From an uncultured Fibrobacterota bacterium (lineage in GTDB: Bacteria > Fibrobacterota > Chitinivibrionia > Chitinivibrionales > FEN-1185): a stretch of DNA of 64,000 nucleotides. Of this stretch, positions 42,701-52,475 are shown in pieces. The stretch lies in assembly GCA_963753345.1 (NCBI GenBank), contig CAVWBU010000031.1, positions 1 to 64,000 on the forward strand, read 5' to 3'. The notes under the pieces were generated by a model. The model was not told the origin of the DNA, searched no databases, and was given only the letters and a program-made list of their open reading frames with translations. The translations under genes and the position numbers were made by a program. Positions within the stretch are counted from its first letter, which is position 1. Each line of letters begins with the position of its first letter.

Positions 42701-43110
42701 GGGGGAAGCCTCCCCCTCGCTTCAGCCCTCGCCTTCACTCGGTCTTCCGCTACCCCCTCCTGGGTAGCCGCCTTGACAAAGCAGATTCAAGACCATGCAT
42801 TGTTGTGGCGGCACCCACGAAGAGCGGTTGAAAAGTTGAAACGTTGAATAGTTGAACCGTTGAAAAGTGGAAAATGAAAAAAAAGAAATCCAACGGATTT
42901 ATTGCGAATGCTGGTGGCGCGAGAACAAGTAGTTGACAAAACACAATCCCTCTGCCGCGCGTTAGGTGGACCGGAGGGTGAGCGAGAGCGAATTGCCGGC
43001 CGACCCCGGCCGTAGGCCATCGGGGCGGTCCGGCAACGAGGCGAATAGCCGAGCCCGCAGGGAGACCGACCCCAGTGAGAGCCGCATGGCTCTCGCTGGG
43101 GTAACGCCCA
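42701..43110 (+). repeat. Composite element A-T-C-B
   Basis: A 42701-42819, 8-mer AGTTGAAA array, C, B 42956-43110. Confidence 0.85.
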
Positions 43111-43152
43111 ATATTATAAATAGTAGTACTCCATTGAGTATTTTTTATAATA

Positions 43153-44699
43153 ATGAAAATTACCTTCCTCGGCACCGGCACCTCGCACGGCGTGCCGTCC
43201 ATCGATTGCATGCTCCAGGGGTTCCGGTCGTGCCCGAAGGACGTGTGCAGGCGTTCCTTGACCGACGCGAAACACGCCCGCACCCGCTCGTCCATTCTTG
43301 CCGAGTACAACGGGAAGCGCGTGCTGGTCGATGTCTCCCCGGATTTCAGGCAGCAGGCGCTCCGGGAGAAAATTCCCGGCATCGACGCCGTGCTGATCAC
43401 GCACTGCCACGCCGACCATATCGGCGGCGTGCCGGATATTCGCTCCTACACGGCCCGGCGTCCGGAACCGCTCGAGTTCTACGGCTCGGAGGAGAGCATG
43501 GCCGCCATCCGCGCGTTTTTCCCCTATATATTCGACCCGGACGCGTTTTTCGGCGGCGGCATTCCGAAGATCGCGACAAAGGCCGTGACCGGAGCATTCG
43601 GCCTATTCGGAGCAACCGTGACGCCGGTCCCGGTGGAGCATGGCCGCCTGCGCGGCTGCCTGGGCTACCGCATTGACAACATGGCATACATCCCGGACGT
43701 CAAGGCGCTTCCGCGGGAGTCGCGGCCGTCCCTTGCGGGCCTGGACACGCTGGTGCTCAACTGCCTGCGGGAGACGCGGGACCATGCGAGCCACCTGGTG
43801 CTGGCCCAGAGCGTGGCGCTCGCCCGCGAACTCGCGCCGCGGCAATGCTATTTTATCCATATGAGCCACGATATCGACTATGAGACCGACGGAGCCAAGC
43901 TTGATAAGTGGATGGAATTTGCACCGGCACCTCGCACGGCGTGCCGTCCATCGATTGCATGCTCCAGGGGTTCCGGTCGTGCCCGAAGGACGTGTGCAGG
44001 CGTTCCTTGACCGACGCGAAACACGCCCGCACCCGCTCGTCCATTCTTGCCGAGTACAACGGGAAGCGCGTGCTGGTCGATGTCTCCCCGGATTTTAGGC
44101 AGCAGGCGCTCCGGGAGAAAATTCCCGGCATCGACGCCGTGCTGATCACGCACTGCCACGCCGACCATATCGGCGGCGTGCCGGATATTCGCTCCTACAC
44201 GGCCCGGCGTCCGGAACCGCTCGAGTTCTACGGCTCGGAGGAGAGCATGGCCGCCATCCGCGCGTTTTTCCCCTATATATTCGACCCGGACGCGTTTTTC
44301 GGCGGCGGCATTCCGAAGATCGCGACAAAGGCCGTGACCGGAGCATTCGGCCTATTCGGAGCAACCGTGACGCCGGTCCCGGTGGAGCATGGCCGCCTGC
44401 GCGGCTGCCTGGGCTACCGCATTGACAACATGGCATACATCCCGGACGTCAAGGCGCTTCCGCGGGAGTCGCGGCCGTCCCTTGCGGGCCTGGACACGCT
44501 GGTGCTCAACTGCCTGCGGGAGACGCGGGACCATGCGAGCCACCTGGTGCTGGCCCAGAGCGTGGCGCTCGCCCGCGAACTCGCGCCGCGGCAATGCTAT
44601 TTTATCCATATGAGCCACGATATCGACTATGAGACCGACGGAGCCAAGCTTGATAAGTGGATGGAATTTGCGTATGATGGGTTGAAAATAAATATCTAG
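43153..44699 (+). CDS. MBL-fold hydrolase (PhnP/YcbL-like) interrupted by a 749-bp tandem duplication
   Basis: FLGTGTSHGVP, THCHADH, HMSHD; copy 1 lacks the native C-terminus and copy 2 lacks the native start. Confidence 0.85.
43172..44671 (+). repeat. Tandem direct duplication, period 749 bp
   Basis: 43172-43922 matches 43921-44671; one difference seen (C43347 vs T44096). Confidence 0.95.
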
Positions 44700-44711
44700 A
44701 AGAGTTTACAA

Positions 44712-45152
44712 GTGGGGGAAGTTTCCCCCTCGCTCCGGCCCTGCGGTCCTCCGCTACCCCCTCCTGGGTGCACCCCAAGTGGACGCGGCTGCAGAACCTG
44801 ACACATGTGCGGGGGCACCCACGAAAAGCTGTTGAAAAGTTGGACCGTTGAATAATTAAAAAAGTTGAGTGGTTGAAGAGCTGAGAATTCAAAATATAAA
44901 ATTGGCTGATTTGTTTGGGTCACCAATTGGCGCGAGAAGAAGCAATTGACTTAATAGATTCCCTCTGCCGCGCGCCAGGCCGGACTGGAAGGTGCGCTAT
45001 AGCGCATTGCCGGCTGACCGCGGCTCGAAGAGCCTTTGCGGCAGGCGGCAACGAGGCCGAAGGGCCGAGCCTGGAAGGAGGGCCGACGCTGCGAAGCAGC
45101 GGGGCGCCCAAGTGTTTATTTTGGTTTATTGACGAAGGCGGGGGAACGCCCA
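44712..45152 (+). repeat. Composite element A-T-C-B with a duplicated B tail
   Basis: A 44712-44823; B 44969-45110; second GGGGAACGCCCA ending at 45152. Confidence 0.85.
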
Positions 45153-45187
45153 TATTCTTTACTAAGTGTTATGGAGGCTGGATAAGC

Positions 45188-45880
45188 ATGGAAAAGTACA
45201 AGCAGGAATTCATCGAATTCATGGTGCGTTCGAAGGCGTTGACTTTCGGGAGCTTCGTCACCAAGAGCGGCCGCACCACGCCGTACTTTGTCAACACGGG
45301 GAACTACACCACCGGCGGGCAGATGGCCAGGCTCGGCGAGTTCTACGCCGAGGCGATCCGCTCCAAGATCGGGGACGATTTCAACGTTCTGTTCGGTCCG
45401 GCGTACAAGGGGATCCCGCTCGCCGTGACCGCCGCGGCCGCACTGTACCGCCTGCACGGATTCGACGTTCCGGTCTGCTACAACCGGAAGGAGGCCAAGG
45501 ACCACGGCGAGGGGGGAAGCATTATCGGCCACCGGCCCGCCGCGGGCGACCGGGTGGTGATCGTCGACGACGTGATAACCGCCGGCACTTCGGTGAGGGA
45601 GTCCGCGGCGCTCCTTACGGCCGTGCCGGGCGTGGTGCTCCGCGGCCTGGCGGTGTCTGTTGACAGAATGGAAAAAGGCCCGTCCGGCGCAAGCGCGCTT
45701 TTTGAGGCGTCCCGCGCCTACGGCATGGACGCGATCGCCGTTGTTTCCATCGAGGACATTGTGTCGCACCTGCACGGCCGGACCGTTGATGGAACAGTGG
45801 TGATCGACGATGCCATGAAAGCGAAGATAGACGCTTACCGCGCCGAGTACGGCGCGGGGAAAAGAAAGTTGAGAAGTTGA
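45188..45880 (+). CDS. pyrE: Orotate phosphoribosyltransferase
   Basis: FG.F.TKSGR..PYF, FGPAYKGIP, RKEAKDHGEGG, VDDVITAGT. Confidence 0.96.
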   Translation: MEKYKQEFIEFMVRSKALTFGSFVTKSGRTTPYFVNTGNYTTGGQMARLGEFYAEAIRSKIGDDFNVLFGPAYKGIPLAVTAAAALYRLHGFDVPVCYNRKEAKDHGEGGSIIGHRPAAGDRVVIVDDVITAGTSVRESAALLTAVPGVVLRGLAVSVDRMEKGPSGASALFEASRAYGMDAIAVVSIEDIVSHLHGRTVDGTVVIDDAMKAKIDAYRAEYGAGKRKLRS

Positions 45881-45924
45881 GTGGTTGAGGAGTTGAGAAG
45901 AAAATCAAGAATAAAAATATGGCC

Positions 45925-46040
45925 TATGAACCCATGAACCCTCTAATTCATCCACCCATGAACGCATTTACGCATCCACGCACCAACGCCCTAACGCACC
46001 CACGCATCCACGCATCCACGCATTCTCGCATCCAGGCACT
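45925..46040 (+). repeat. Degenerate 8-mer tandem array (ACGCATCC/ACGCACCC)
   Basis: Runs up to the ATG of the NusG paralogue. Confidence 0.75.
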
Positions 46041-46622
46041 ATGAAGCGCGTCAACGAAAACCCACCGGCGAGGTTCCCTGAAAGGCCGATAGGCCAGGCC
46101 GGGGCGCCGTGGTGGATCGCAAAGGTGAGGCCGCGCCAGGAAAAAGCGCTCGCGTTCGATCTTGTCCGCAACAACATCGAATACTACCTGCCGATGGTCG
46201 TGCACGTCACGCGGCGCAGGGACAATAACAAACCGCGAAAGTCGGTGCTGCCGCTGTTTCCGGGGTACATCAGTTTTTGCGGCGGCGATCCCGAAGCCAG
46301 GGGCATTTACAGGACCGGAAGGGTCGTTTCCGTTATTCCCATAAAGTACCAGGAACGGTTCGTGCGCGAGCTTACCCAGGTCTATCAGGCGATTGAAACG
46401 GGCGTGGCCCTCGATCCGGTCGCCGCGCAGTATTCTCCCGGCGCCAGGGTCGCTGTTGTGACCGGGCCGCTTCGCGGTCTAACGGGCGTTATTGCAAGGA
46501 TCCAGGACGCAGACCGGCTCGTGCTTTCGGTGACAGGACTTGGCCACGCGTCCATGGTGATAGACGCCGCAATGGTAAAGCCCGTGGATGATCCGCACAA
46601 GCACCAAACCGAAATTCCCTGA
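46041..46622 (+). CDS. NusG paralogue (RfaH/UpxY-like antiterminator)
   Basis: WW...RPRQEK, YYLP, PLFPGYI (NGN domain); V.V..GPLRGLTG (KOW domain). Confidence 0.88.
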   Translation: MKRVNENPPARFPERPIGQAGAPWWIAKVRPRQEKALAFDLVRNNIEYYLPMVVHVTRRRDNNKPRKSVLPLFPGYISFCGGDPEARGIYRTGRVVSVIPIKYQERFVRELTQVYQAIETGVALDPVAAQYSPGARVAVVTGPLRGLTGVIARIQDADRLVLSVTGLGHASMVIDAAMVKPVDDPHKHQTEIP

Positions 46623-46643
46623 CGCAAGGCACTGATTTTACGA

Positions 46644-46762
46644 TTGAATCCCACAGCGAGTGCATTCCCTGGAGCTTGCTCCGGGGTTAGCGAGCGACTA
46701 TAAGTATGTTTTCTTTCCATAGGGATGGAAGATTCCCCGCAGCTTGCTGCGGGGTTCTTCAA
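46644..46762. mobile_element. Palindromic MITE (two GCTT-loop hairpins, TTGAA/TTCAA ends)
   Basis: CCTGGAGCTTGCTCCGGG and CCCCGCAGCTTGCTGCGGGG hairpins, IS200/IS605-end-like. Confidence 0.65.
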
Positions 46763-46896
46763 AAGAGACTGGATCGAATGTATTATTTTATATTGGTTGC
46801 GGTAACAGGTTGAGACAAAATGCGGTGATACCGATCTTTGGAAGCGGGCTTTTTTCAAAGTACCGCCGACGGGGGTGAGGTGTACCTGGAGAAATA

Positions 46897-47357
46897 ATAG
46901 TTGAGGAGTTGAGAGGTTGAGAAGTTGAGCAGTTGAAAAAAGAAGTTGAAACGTTGCTGGTTAGAGAAGGTTGTTCATGTGGGGGAAGTATCCCCCTCGC
47001 TTCAGCCCAGCCTTCGGCCGGTCTTCCGCTACCCCCTCTTGGGTGGCCCCCAAGTAAGTTGATTTGCGAGAAAGATGCATCGGTTAGGGGGCACCCATGG
47101 AGAGTAGTGGTATATAAAGAAGTTGAAAAGTTGAGAACCCCAAAAAACCTTGACTGATTTACTGCAGATGCCGGCTGGCGCGAGAAAAAGTAATTCACGG
47201 AATATGATCCTTCTACCGCGCGCCAGGCCGGACTGGAGGTCCCGCCAGAGCGGGATGCCGCCCGGACCCGGCCCTGTGGGCCATAGGGCCGTGGCGGCCC
47301 GAGGCCGGAGGCCGAGACCGGAAGGAGGGCCGCCGCCGCAAAGCGGCGGGGCGCCCA
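46897..47357 (+). repeat. Composite element T-A-T-C-B
   Basis: A 46981-47099; B 47217-47357. Confidence 0.85.
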
Positions 47358-47402
47358 AGTATTATTGATGTTTGTCTAAAATCTTTATCTTTGGATAACC
47401 CC

Positions 47403-48104
47403 ATGATCCTCTCTATTATTATCCCCTGCTACAACGAGAAGGGAACCATCCTCGCGCTGCTTGACAGAGTGCTTAAGGCGCCGCTGCCCGCCGGGGTTGA
47501 CCGCGAGGTGGTCGTGGTGGACGACTTCTCGGTCGACGGCACGCGCGACGCGCTCGCGGCAGTTTCGGACACGCGCGTGCGCGTCCTTTTGCACGACAGA
47601 AACCGCGGCAAGGGCGCCGCGCTGCGCACCGGATTCGCCGCTGCCACGGGCGGCATCGTGGTGGTGCAGGACGCGGACCTCGAGTACAACCCGGAGGAGT
47701 ACGCCAAACTGCTCAAGCCGATTCTGGACGGCAGGGCCGACGTCGTGTACGGCTCGCGGTTCATAACCACCGGCGAGCGCCGCGTGCTGTATTACTTCCA
47801 CTACATGGGAAACAGGTTTCTCACCTTTGCCTCCAACGTCTTCACGAACATGAACCTGAGCGACATGGAGACCTGCTACAAAATGTTCCGGAAGGAGATA
47901 CTTGACAAAATCCGCATCCGTGAAAACCGTTTCGGGTTCGAGCCGGAGATAACGGCCAAAATCGCGAAGCTCAAGTGCCGCGTGTACGAGGTGGGAATTT
48001 CATATTCCGGCCGCACCTATGAGGAGGGCAAGAAGATAGGGTTCCGGGACGGGCTGCGCGCGCTGTGGTGCATTGTGAAGTACAATGTGATTTCTCGGAA
48101 GTAA
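47403..48104 (+). CDS. GT2 glycosyltransferase (DPM synthase-like)
   Basis: IIPCYNE, VDDFSVDGT, NRGKGAA, QDADLEY, DMETCYK. Confidence 0.93.
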   Translation: MILSIIIPCYNEKGTILALLDRVLKAPLPAGVDREVVVVDDFSVDGTRDALAAVSDTRVRVLLHDRNRGKGAALRTGFAAATGGIVVVQDADLEYNPEEYAKLLKPILDGRADVVYGSRFITTGERRVLYYFHYMGNRFLTFASNVFTNMNLSDMETCYKMFRKEILDKIRIRENRFGFEPEITAKIAKLKCRVYEVGISYSGRTYEEGKKIGFRDGLRALWCIVKYNVISRK

Positions 48105-48131
48105 ATAGTATGATGCTTTTCCTTGCACCGA

Positions 48132-48573
48132 CAAAGCTCAACAGTTCTCGGGGGCTTCACCCCCGAACCCCGACCAAGGGGTGGTCAGCAGCAACCACCC
48201 CTTGGAACCCCATGCCGCGCCTGCAGCGCCGCCTGGTCCCTCGGCCTTCGGGCCGCTCGTGAACTCACCCGGCAGGACAAACCTAAAGCTTGATCAAATA
48301 TGCCGGGCTCGGACAGCACGAGCGGCCAATCCTTCGACCTCAGGGGCGTCGCTGATGGCGGCAGATACAAACAATGCAGCTCAAATTCGCGCAAGCGGTT
48401 TTCTACACTTTGGCGATGTTCTTCTGCCCAGCGTTAGGTGGACCGGAGTGGTCCCGCCGTAGCGGGATTGCCGGCCGACCCCTCCCCGAAGGGGACTCGG
48501 GGCGGTCCGGCAACGAGGCCGAACGGCCGAGCCCGTAGGGAGACCGACCCGGCCGGAGGCCGGGGAACGCCCA
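48132..48573 (+). repeat. Composite element D-linker-B
   Basis: D 48132-48365; B 48431-48573. Confidence 0.85.
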
Positions 48574-48592
48574 CTCCATCTTGTAGATCATA

Positions 48593-49240
48593 ATGAAAAC
48601 GAAAATCCGTATAACGTTGGGAATCCTTCTCCTGATTTGCATTACGCTGCTGGTACTAGCCTATCGACACCTCGGCATGTGGCTCGTGGCGTCGGACCCG
48701 CTGCCGCCGTCGCTCGACGCGTACTTTACCTTTGCAAGCGACAACGAGCGCATCATCTACTCCAAGCACCTTTACAAAAGATACCCCGCCGCGCTGTGGG
48801 TGCTGAGCTACCCGCGGAAACGGATACTCGTTCCGCTCCGCAAGGCGGGCCTCGACACGTCGAGGATCGTCGTGATAGACACCTGCGCCAACACATCGTC
48901 GGAGGTGGCCTGCATCGTGAACTGGGCCAACAGCGCGCTGCGCGACAGCGCCTCGGCCCCGGCGCGCAAGCTTGCGGCGAAAACCAAATTTTCTCCCGGG
49001 AGCACGCTCAGGATAGGTCTGGTGAGTTCGCCCTACCACATGCGCCGCATCAAAGTGCTCTTTTCGGGCAGGCGACCGGACACAAGGGCCGAGTTCCTGT
49101 TTCTGCCCGTTCCGTTCTGGCTATGCGGCATGAAGAAGAGCGATTACGAAACGTGGTGGAAAAACAAGGCGCTCGCGCCCGTGGTGTGGGTGGAGGTTGA
49201 GAAGATTGCGTATCTTTTGTGGTGCGGGCTATGGGGGTAA
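48593..49240 (+). CDS. YdcF/DUF218 (SanA/ElyC-like) protein
   Basis: N-terminal TM helix, NT..E, LVSSPYHMRR. Confidence 0.75.
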   Translation: MKTKIRITLGILLLICITLLVLAYRHLGMWLVASDPLPPSLDAYFTFASDNERIIYSKHLYKRYPAALWVLSYPRKRILVPLRKAGLDTSRIVVIDTCANTSSEVACIVNWANSALRDSASAPARKLAAKTKFSPGSTLRIGLVSSPYHMRRIKVLFSGRRPDTRAEFLFLPVPFWLCGMKKSDYETWWKNKALAPVVWVEVEKIAYLLWCGLWG

Positions 49241-49300
49241 GATTTCTAATAATATATGAATCTGGGCGCCCCGCCGCTTCACAAGATAGAAGAGTTTCTT

Positions 49301-49711
49301 GTGGGGGAAGTATCCCCCTCGCTCCGGCCGCCTTTGGCGTCCTGCGCTACCCCCTCTTGGGTGACCCCCTTGACGGAGCGGTTGTTGAACCACACACTTG
49401 TGTGGGGGCACCCACGGAGAATAGTTGAGAGGTTGAGAAGTTGAGGGGGTTGAGAAGGCACGGAAAAAATACTGATTGATGTTTAGAGTATTCCGATTGG
49501 CGAGAATAAATAGTTGACTTATAGTATTTCTTCTACCGCGCGTTAGGGGCGACTGGAAAAATGGTCCCGCTTGAGGCGGGATGCCGCCCGGACTCTTAAT
49601 TGTAGATTTTAGATTGATGATTGCAGATTGATAAAAAGACCCGATTGCTTTCTTTGTTTTGCAATCTACATTCTACAATCTGCATTCTACAATTAAGTGG
49701 GGGAACGCCCA
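49301..49711 (+). repeat. Composite element A-T-C-B with a heptamer hairpin insert
   Basis: A 49301-49416; B 49537-49711. Confidence 0.85.
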
Positions 49712-49749
49712 ATTTTCTTGTCTTTAACAAGAATTGGAGAAAACCAAAA

Positions 49750-50523
49750 ATGCCCAAGATTTTGAAAAGAAACAGATGTTATGGCTGGAAACCGGATTTT
49801 CCCGACCATCGCGACGTGAAATTCTCCCTTGTGTACCGCGTGCCGGCGAAGCTGCCCGCAAAAACAGACCTGCGCGCAATCTGCCCGCCGGTGGAAGACC
49901 AGGGACAGCTCGGCAGCTGCACGGCCCACGCGCTCACCGGCGCGCTGGAGACGCTCGAAAACAAGGACAGATTACCGCTTGTCCAGATGAGCAGGCTCTT
50001 TGTCTACTACAACGAGCGAAGCCTGGAGCATACCGTTTCGCAGGACGCGGGCGCCATGATCCGCGACGGCATCAAGACCCTTGCGAAACAGGGCTGCTGC
50101 GCGGAAAGCAAGTGGCCCTATGTTATATCGAAATTCGCGTCCAAGCCAGGGGCGGCCTGCTTCAAGGACGGCCTGGAACACCAGATCACGTCGTACCAGC
50201 GCATAGCCACCGTTGACCAGATGCGTGCGTGCCTCGCCGCGGGCTTTCCCTTTGTGTTCGGGTTCACCGTGTACGAGTCGTTCGAATCGCAGGCCGTGGC
50301 GAAAACCGGCACGGTGAACATGCCCAAGAAGACCGAGGCTACGCTCGGCGGCCACGCCGTGCTCGCCGTGGGCTACGACGACAAGGCAAAGCGCTTTACG
50401 GTGAGGAATTCCTGGGGACCGGGGTGGGGAATCAAGGGGTATTTCACTATTCCTTATGCTTACCTTGCGAGTCGGGACCTGGCAGATGATTTCTGGACGA
50501 TAAGAAGAGGAGAGAGAATATAA
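49750..50523 (+). CDS. Papain-family (C1A) cysteine peptidase
   Basis: DQGQLGSCTA, GGHAVLAVGY, RNSWG..WG..GYF. Confidence 0.93.
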   Translation: MPKILKRNRCYGWKPDFPDHRDVKFSLVYRVPAKLPAKTDLRAICPPVEDQGQLGSCTAHALTGALETLENKDRLPLVQMSRLFVYYNERSLEHTVSQDAGAMIRDGIKTLAKQGCCAESKWPYVISKFASKPGAACFKDGLEHQITSYQRIATVDQMRACLAAGFPFVFGFTVYESFESQAVAKTGTVNMPKKTEATLGGHAVLAVGYDDKAKRFTVRNSWGPGWGIKGYFTIPYAYLASRDLADDFWTIRRGERI

Positions 50524-50544
50524 AATTGATAGAAAGTAGATTTG

Positions 50545-50850
50545 GTGGGGGAAGTATCCCCCTCGCTTCAGCCCTCGCTTTTGCTCGGTCTTCCGGCGCT
50601 TTCCGCCCTTGCTGTTGGGCGGGCGCTCCCCCTCCCGGGTGGCCGCCTTGACAATGCAGCTGCAAGACCATACATTGTTGTGGCGGCACCCACGAGGAGC
50701 AGCTGAAAAGTTGAATAGTTGAAAATGAAAAAGTTGAGGAGTTGAGAAGACAAGAGTTGAAGAGTTGAATAGTTTAATAGTTGAAGAGCAAAAAGGTTTA
50801 GAAGTTGAGCAGTTGAGAAGTTGAGAAGAGAAAAAGTTGAAAAGTTCAAG
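50545..50850 (+). repeat. Module A plus a long 8-mer array (AGTTGAGA/AGTTGAAA)
   Basis: A 50545-50694; array about 50700-50850. Confidence 0.85.
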
Positions 50851-50889
50851 AAGAAGCCATAACTGATTTACGGAGACCGGTGAAATAAA

Positions 50890-52338
50890 TTGAAATCAAT
50901 TGATCTACGCAAGCTAATTCTTAAAGGCGAAAGTGAAACGCTGGAATTCAAGGTTTCCGGGAATGCTTTGCCGCAGAGCCTTTTCGAAACAGTATGCGCC
51001 ATGCTCAATGGCAACGGCGGAGTTATTCTTCTAGGTGTTTCCGACAAAGGGGAAATCAAAGGCGTTTCTGAAGAATCTGCGGAAACCCTGTGTAAAGATT
51101 TTGCCAATCTAAGCAATAACCCTCAAAAAATAGATCCGTCTTTTCTGATTCATCCCCAGATACTTACCCTTGAAGGTAAGAAGGTGATTCACGCCTTTGT
51201 TCCTGCAAGTTCGCAGGTGCATCGCACCGGAGGAAAAGTTTTTGACCGGAGCGTGGACGGTGATTATGAAGTAAAAAGCAGCGAGCAGATAAAGAACCTG
51301 TACCTGCGGAAAAACGCCTTTTACACCGAGTCCACGATCTTTCCGTATCTCAAAGAAGAGCATTTTGTTCCCGTGCTTGTTGGAAAGATAAGGGAGACGA
51401 TCAAAATCCATTCCCCCAAACATCCATGGAACGATCTTTCTCCAGATGAATTCTACCGTGTTGCCGGTTTGTTTCGTACCGATATTTCCAGGGGTATACA
51501 GGGATTTAGTATGGCTGCCTTGCTATTATTCGGAAAAGAAGAGGTCATACAAAGCGCCCTTCCGCACTACAAAACCGATGCTTTATTGCGCCGGGTGGAC
51601 ACCGAACGCTATGATGATCGGGAAAATATCCGTTGTAATCTCATAGATGCTTATGATATCCTGATGAATTTTATCGCAAAGCATTTGCCTGATAAATTCT
51701 ATCTGGAAAACGATGTTCGTCTCTCCTTGCGGGACACAATATTCAGGGAGATCGTGGTGAACATGTTGATTCACCGGGAATATACCAATGCCAATCCGGC
51801 AACATTGATTATCTATGCCAACCGCGTGGAAACCCAAAATGCCAATAAGCCCCATTTTTACGGTGAACTGCGTCCCGGTTCCTTTGTGCCTTTTCCTAAA
51901 AATCCAACCATTGCCAAGTTTTTTGCACAAATGGGACGGGCGGAGGAACTTGGAACAGGTGTGTATAAGGTATACAAATACATGAAAGTATATTCCGGAT
52001 CAGACAGGATTACATTCTCCGAAAACGACCTGTTTCGTGCGGTCCTTCCACTCAAGCCGCCTTCAACCTCAAAAAACCATCATGGAAAGGTCGGTGAAAG
52101 GGTCGGTGAAAGGGTCGGTGAAAAGGTCGGTGAAAACCTGTCGGAAAACCAGAATAAAATCATCAAAGCCATTATGCAAGAGCCACGAATTACCGCATCG
52201 AAACTGTCAAAAATCCTGCATATTTCGGTGCGAAAAACCGAGGAGAATATTAAAAAGCTGAAGGATATCGGATTGCTTGTCCGCATCGGTCCGGACAAAG
52301 GCGGTCACTGGAAGGTAGTTGAGGAAGTTAGAAGTTGA
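50890..52338 (+). CDS. Schlafen/AlbA_2 + HATPase_c_4 + wHTH protein
   Basis: ESETLEFK..CAMLN..GG.ILLGVSD; REIVVNMLIHREY; PKNP; EELGTG; VGE(R/K) repeats; RIGPDKGGHW. Confidence 0.85.
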   Translation: MKSIDLRKLILKGESETLEFKVSGNALPQSLFETVCAMLNGNGGVILLGVSDKGEIKGVSEESAETLCKDFANLSNNPQKIDPSFLIHPQILTLEGKKVIHAFVPASSQVHRTGGKVFDRSVDGDYEVKSSEQIKNLYLRKNAFYTESTIFPYLKEEHFVPVLVGKIRETIKIHSPKHPWNDLSPDEFYRVAGLFRTDISRGIQGFSMAALLLFGKEEVIQSALPHYKTDALLRRVDTERYDDRENIRCNLIDAYDILMNFIAKHLPDKFYLENDVRLSLRDTIFREIVVNMLIHREYTNANPATLIIYANRVETQNANKPHFYGELRPGSFVPFPKNPTIAKFFAQMGRAEELGTGVYKVYKYMKVYSGSDRITFSENDLFRAVLPLKPPSTSKNHHGKVGERVGERVGEKVGENLSENQNKIIKAIMQEPRITASKLSKILHISVRKTEENIKKLKDIGLLVRIGPDKGGHWKVVEEVRS

Positions 52339-52445
52339 AAGTTGGAAGTTGGAAGTTGAAAGCAGGAAGAAGAAATCCCAACAGTGCTTTGACCGCCCCC
52401 GCAGGGGGCCCGGGGGGCTCACCGACGCGAAGCGGGGAACGCCCA
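52316..52445 (+). repeat. 7-mer array (AAGTTG[G/A]) plus the 3' tail of module B
   Basis: aagttagaagttgaaagttggaagttgg; ends GCGGGGAACGCCCA. Confidence 0.7.
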
Positions 52446-52475
52446 AGATGATTACTTCTTTTGCAATGGTATAAT

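Noticed and set aside
30401-44671. Diversity-generating retroelement (FGE/CLec-fold target; near-identical repeat)
   Set aside because: No reverse transcriptase and no template repeat for the FGE C-terminus; the MBL duplication differs by C/T, not at adenines
46795-46832. ops-like element (GCGGTAAC/GCGGTGAT)
   Set aside because: Only a partial match to GGCGGTAG; too short to support
39982-49711. Integron attC sites (GTTAGGY in module B matches GTTRRRY)
   Set aside because: No complementary RYYYAAC box was seen after the upstream genes, two copies read GCCAGGC, the core lies far from the next gene, and there is no IntI in the window
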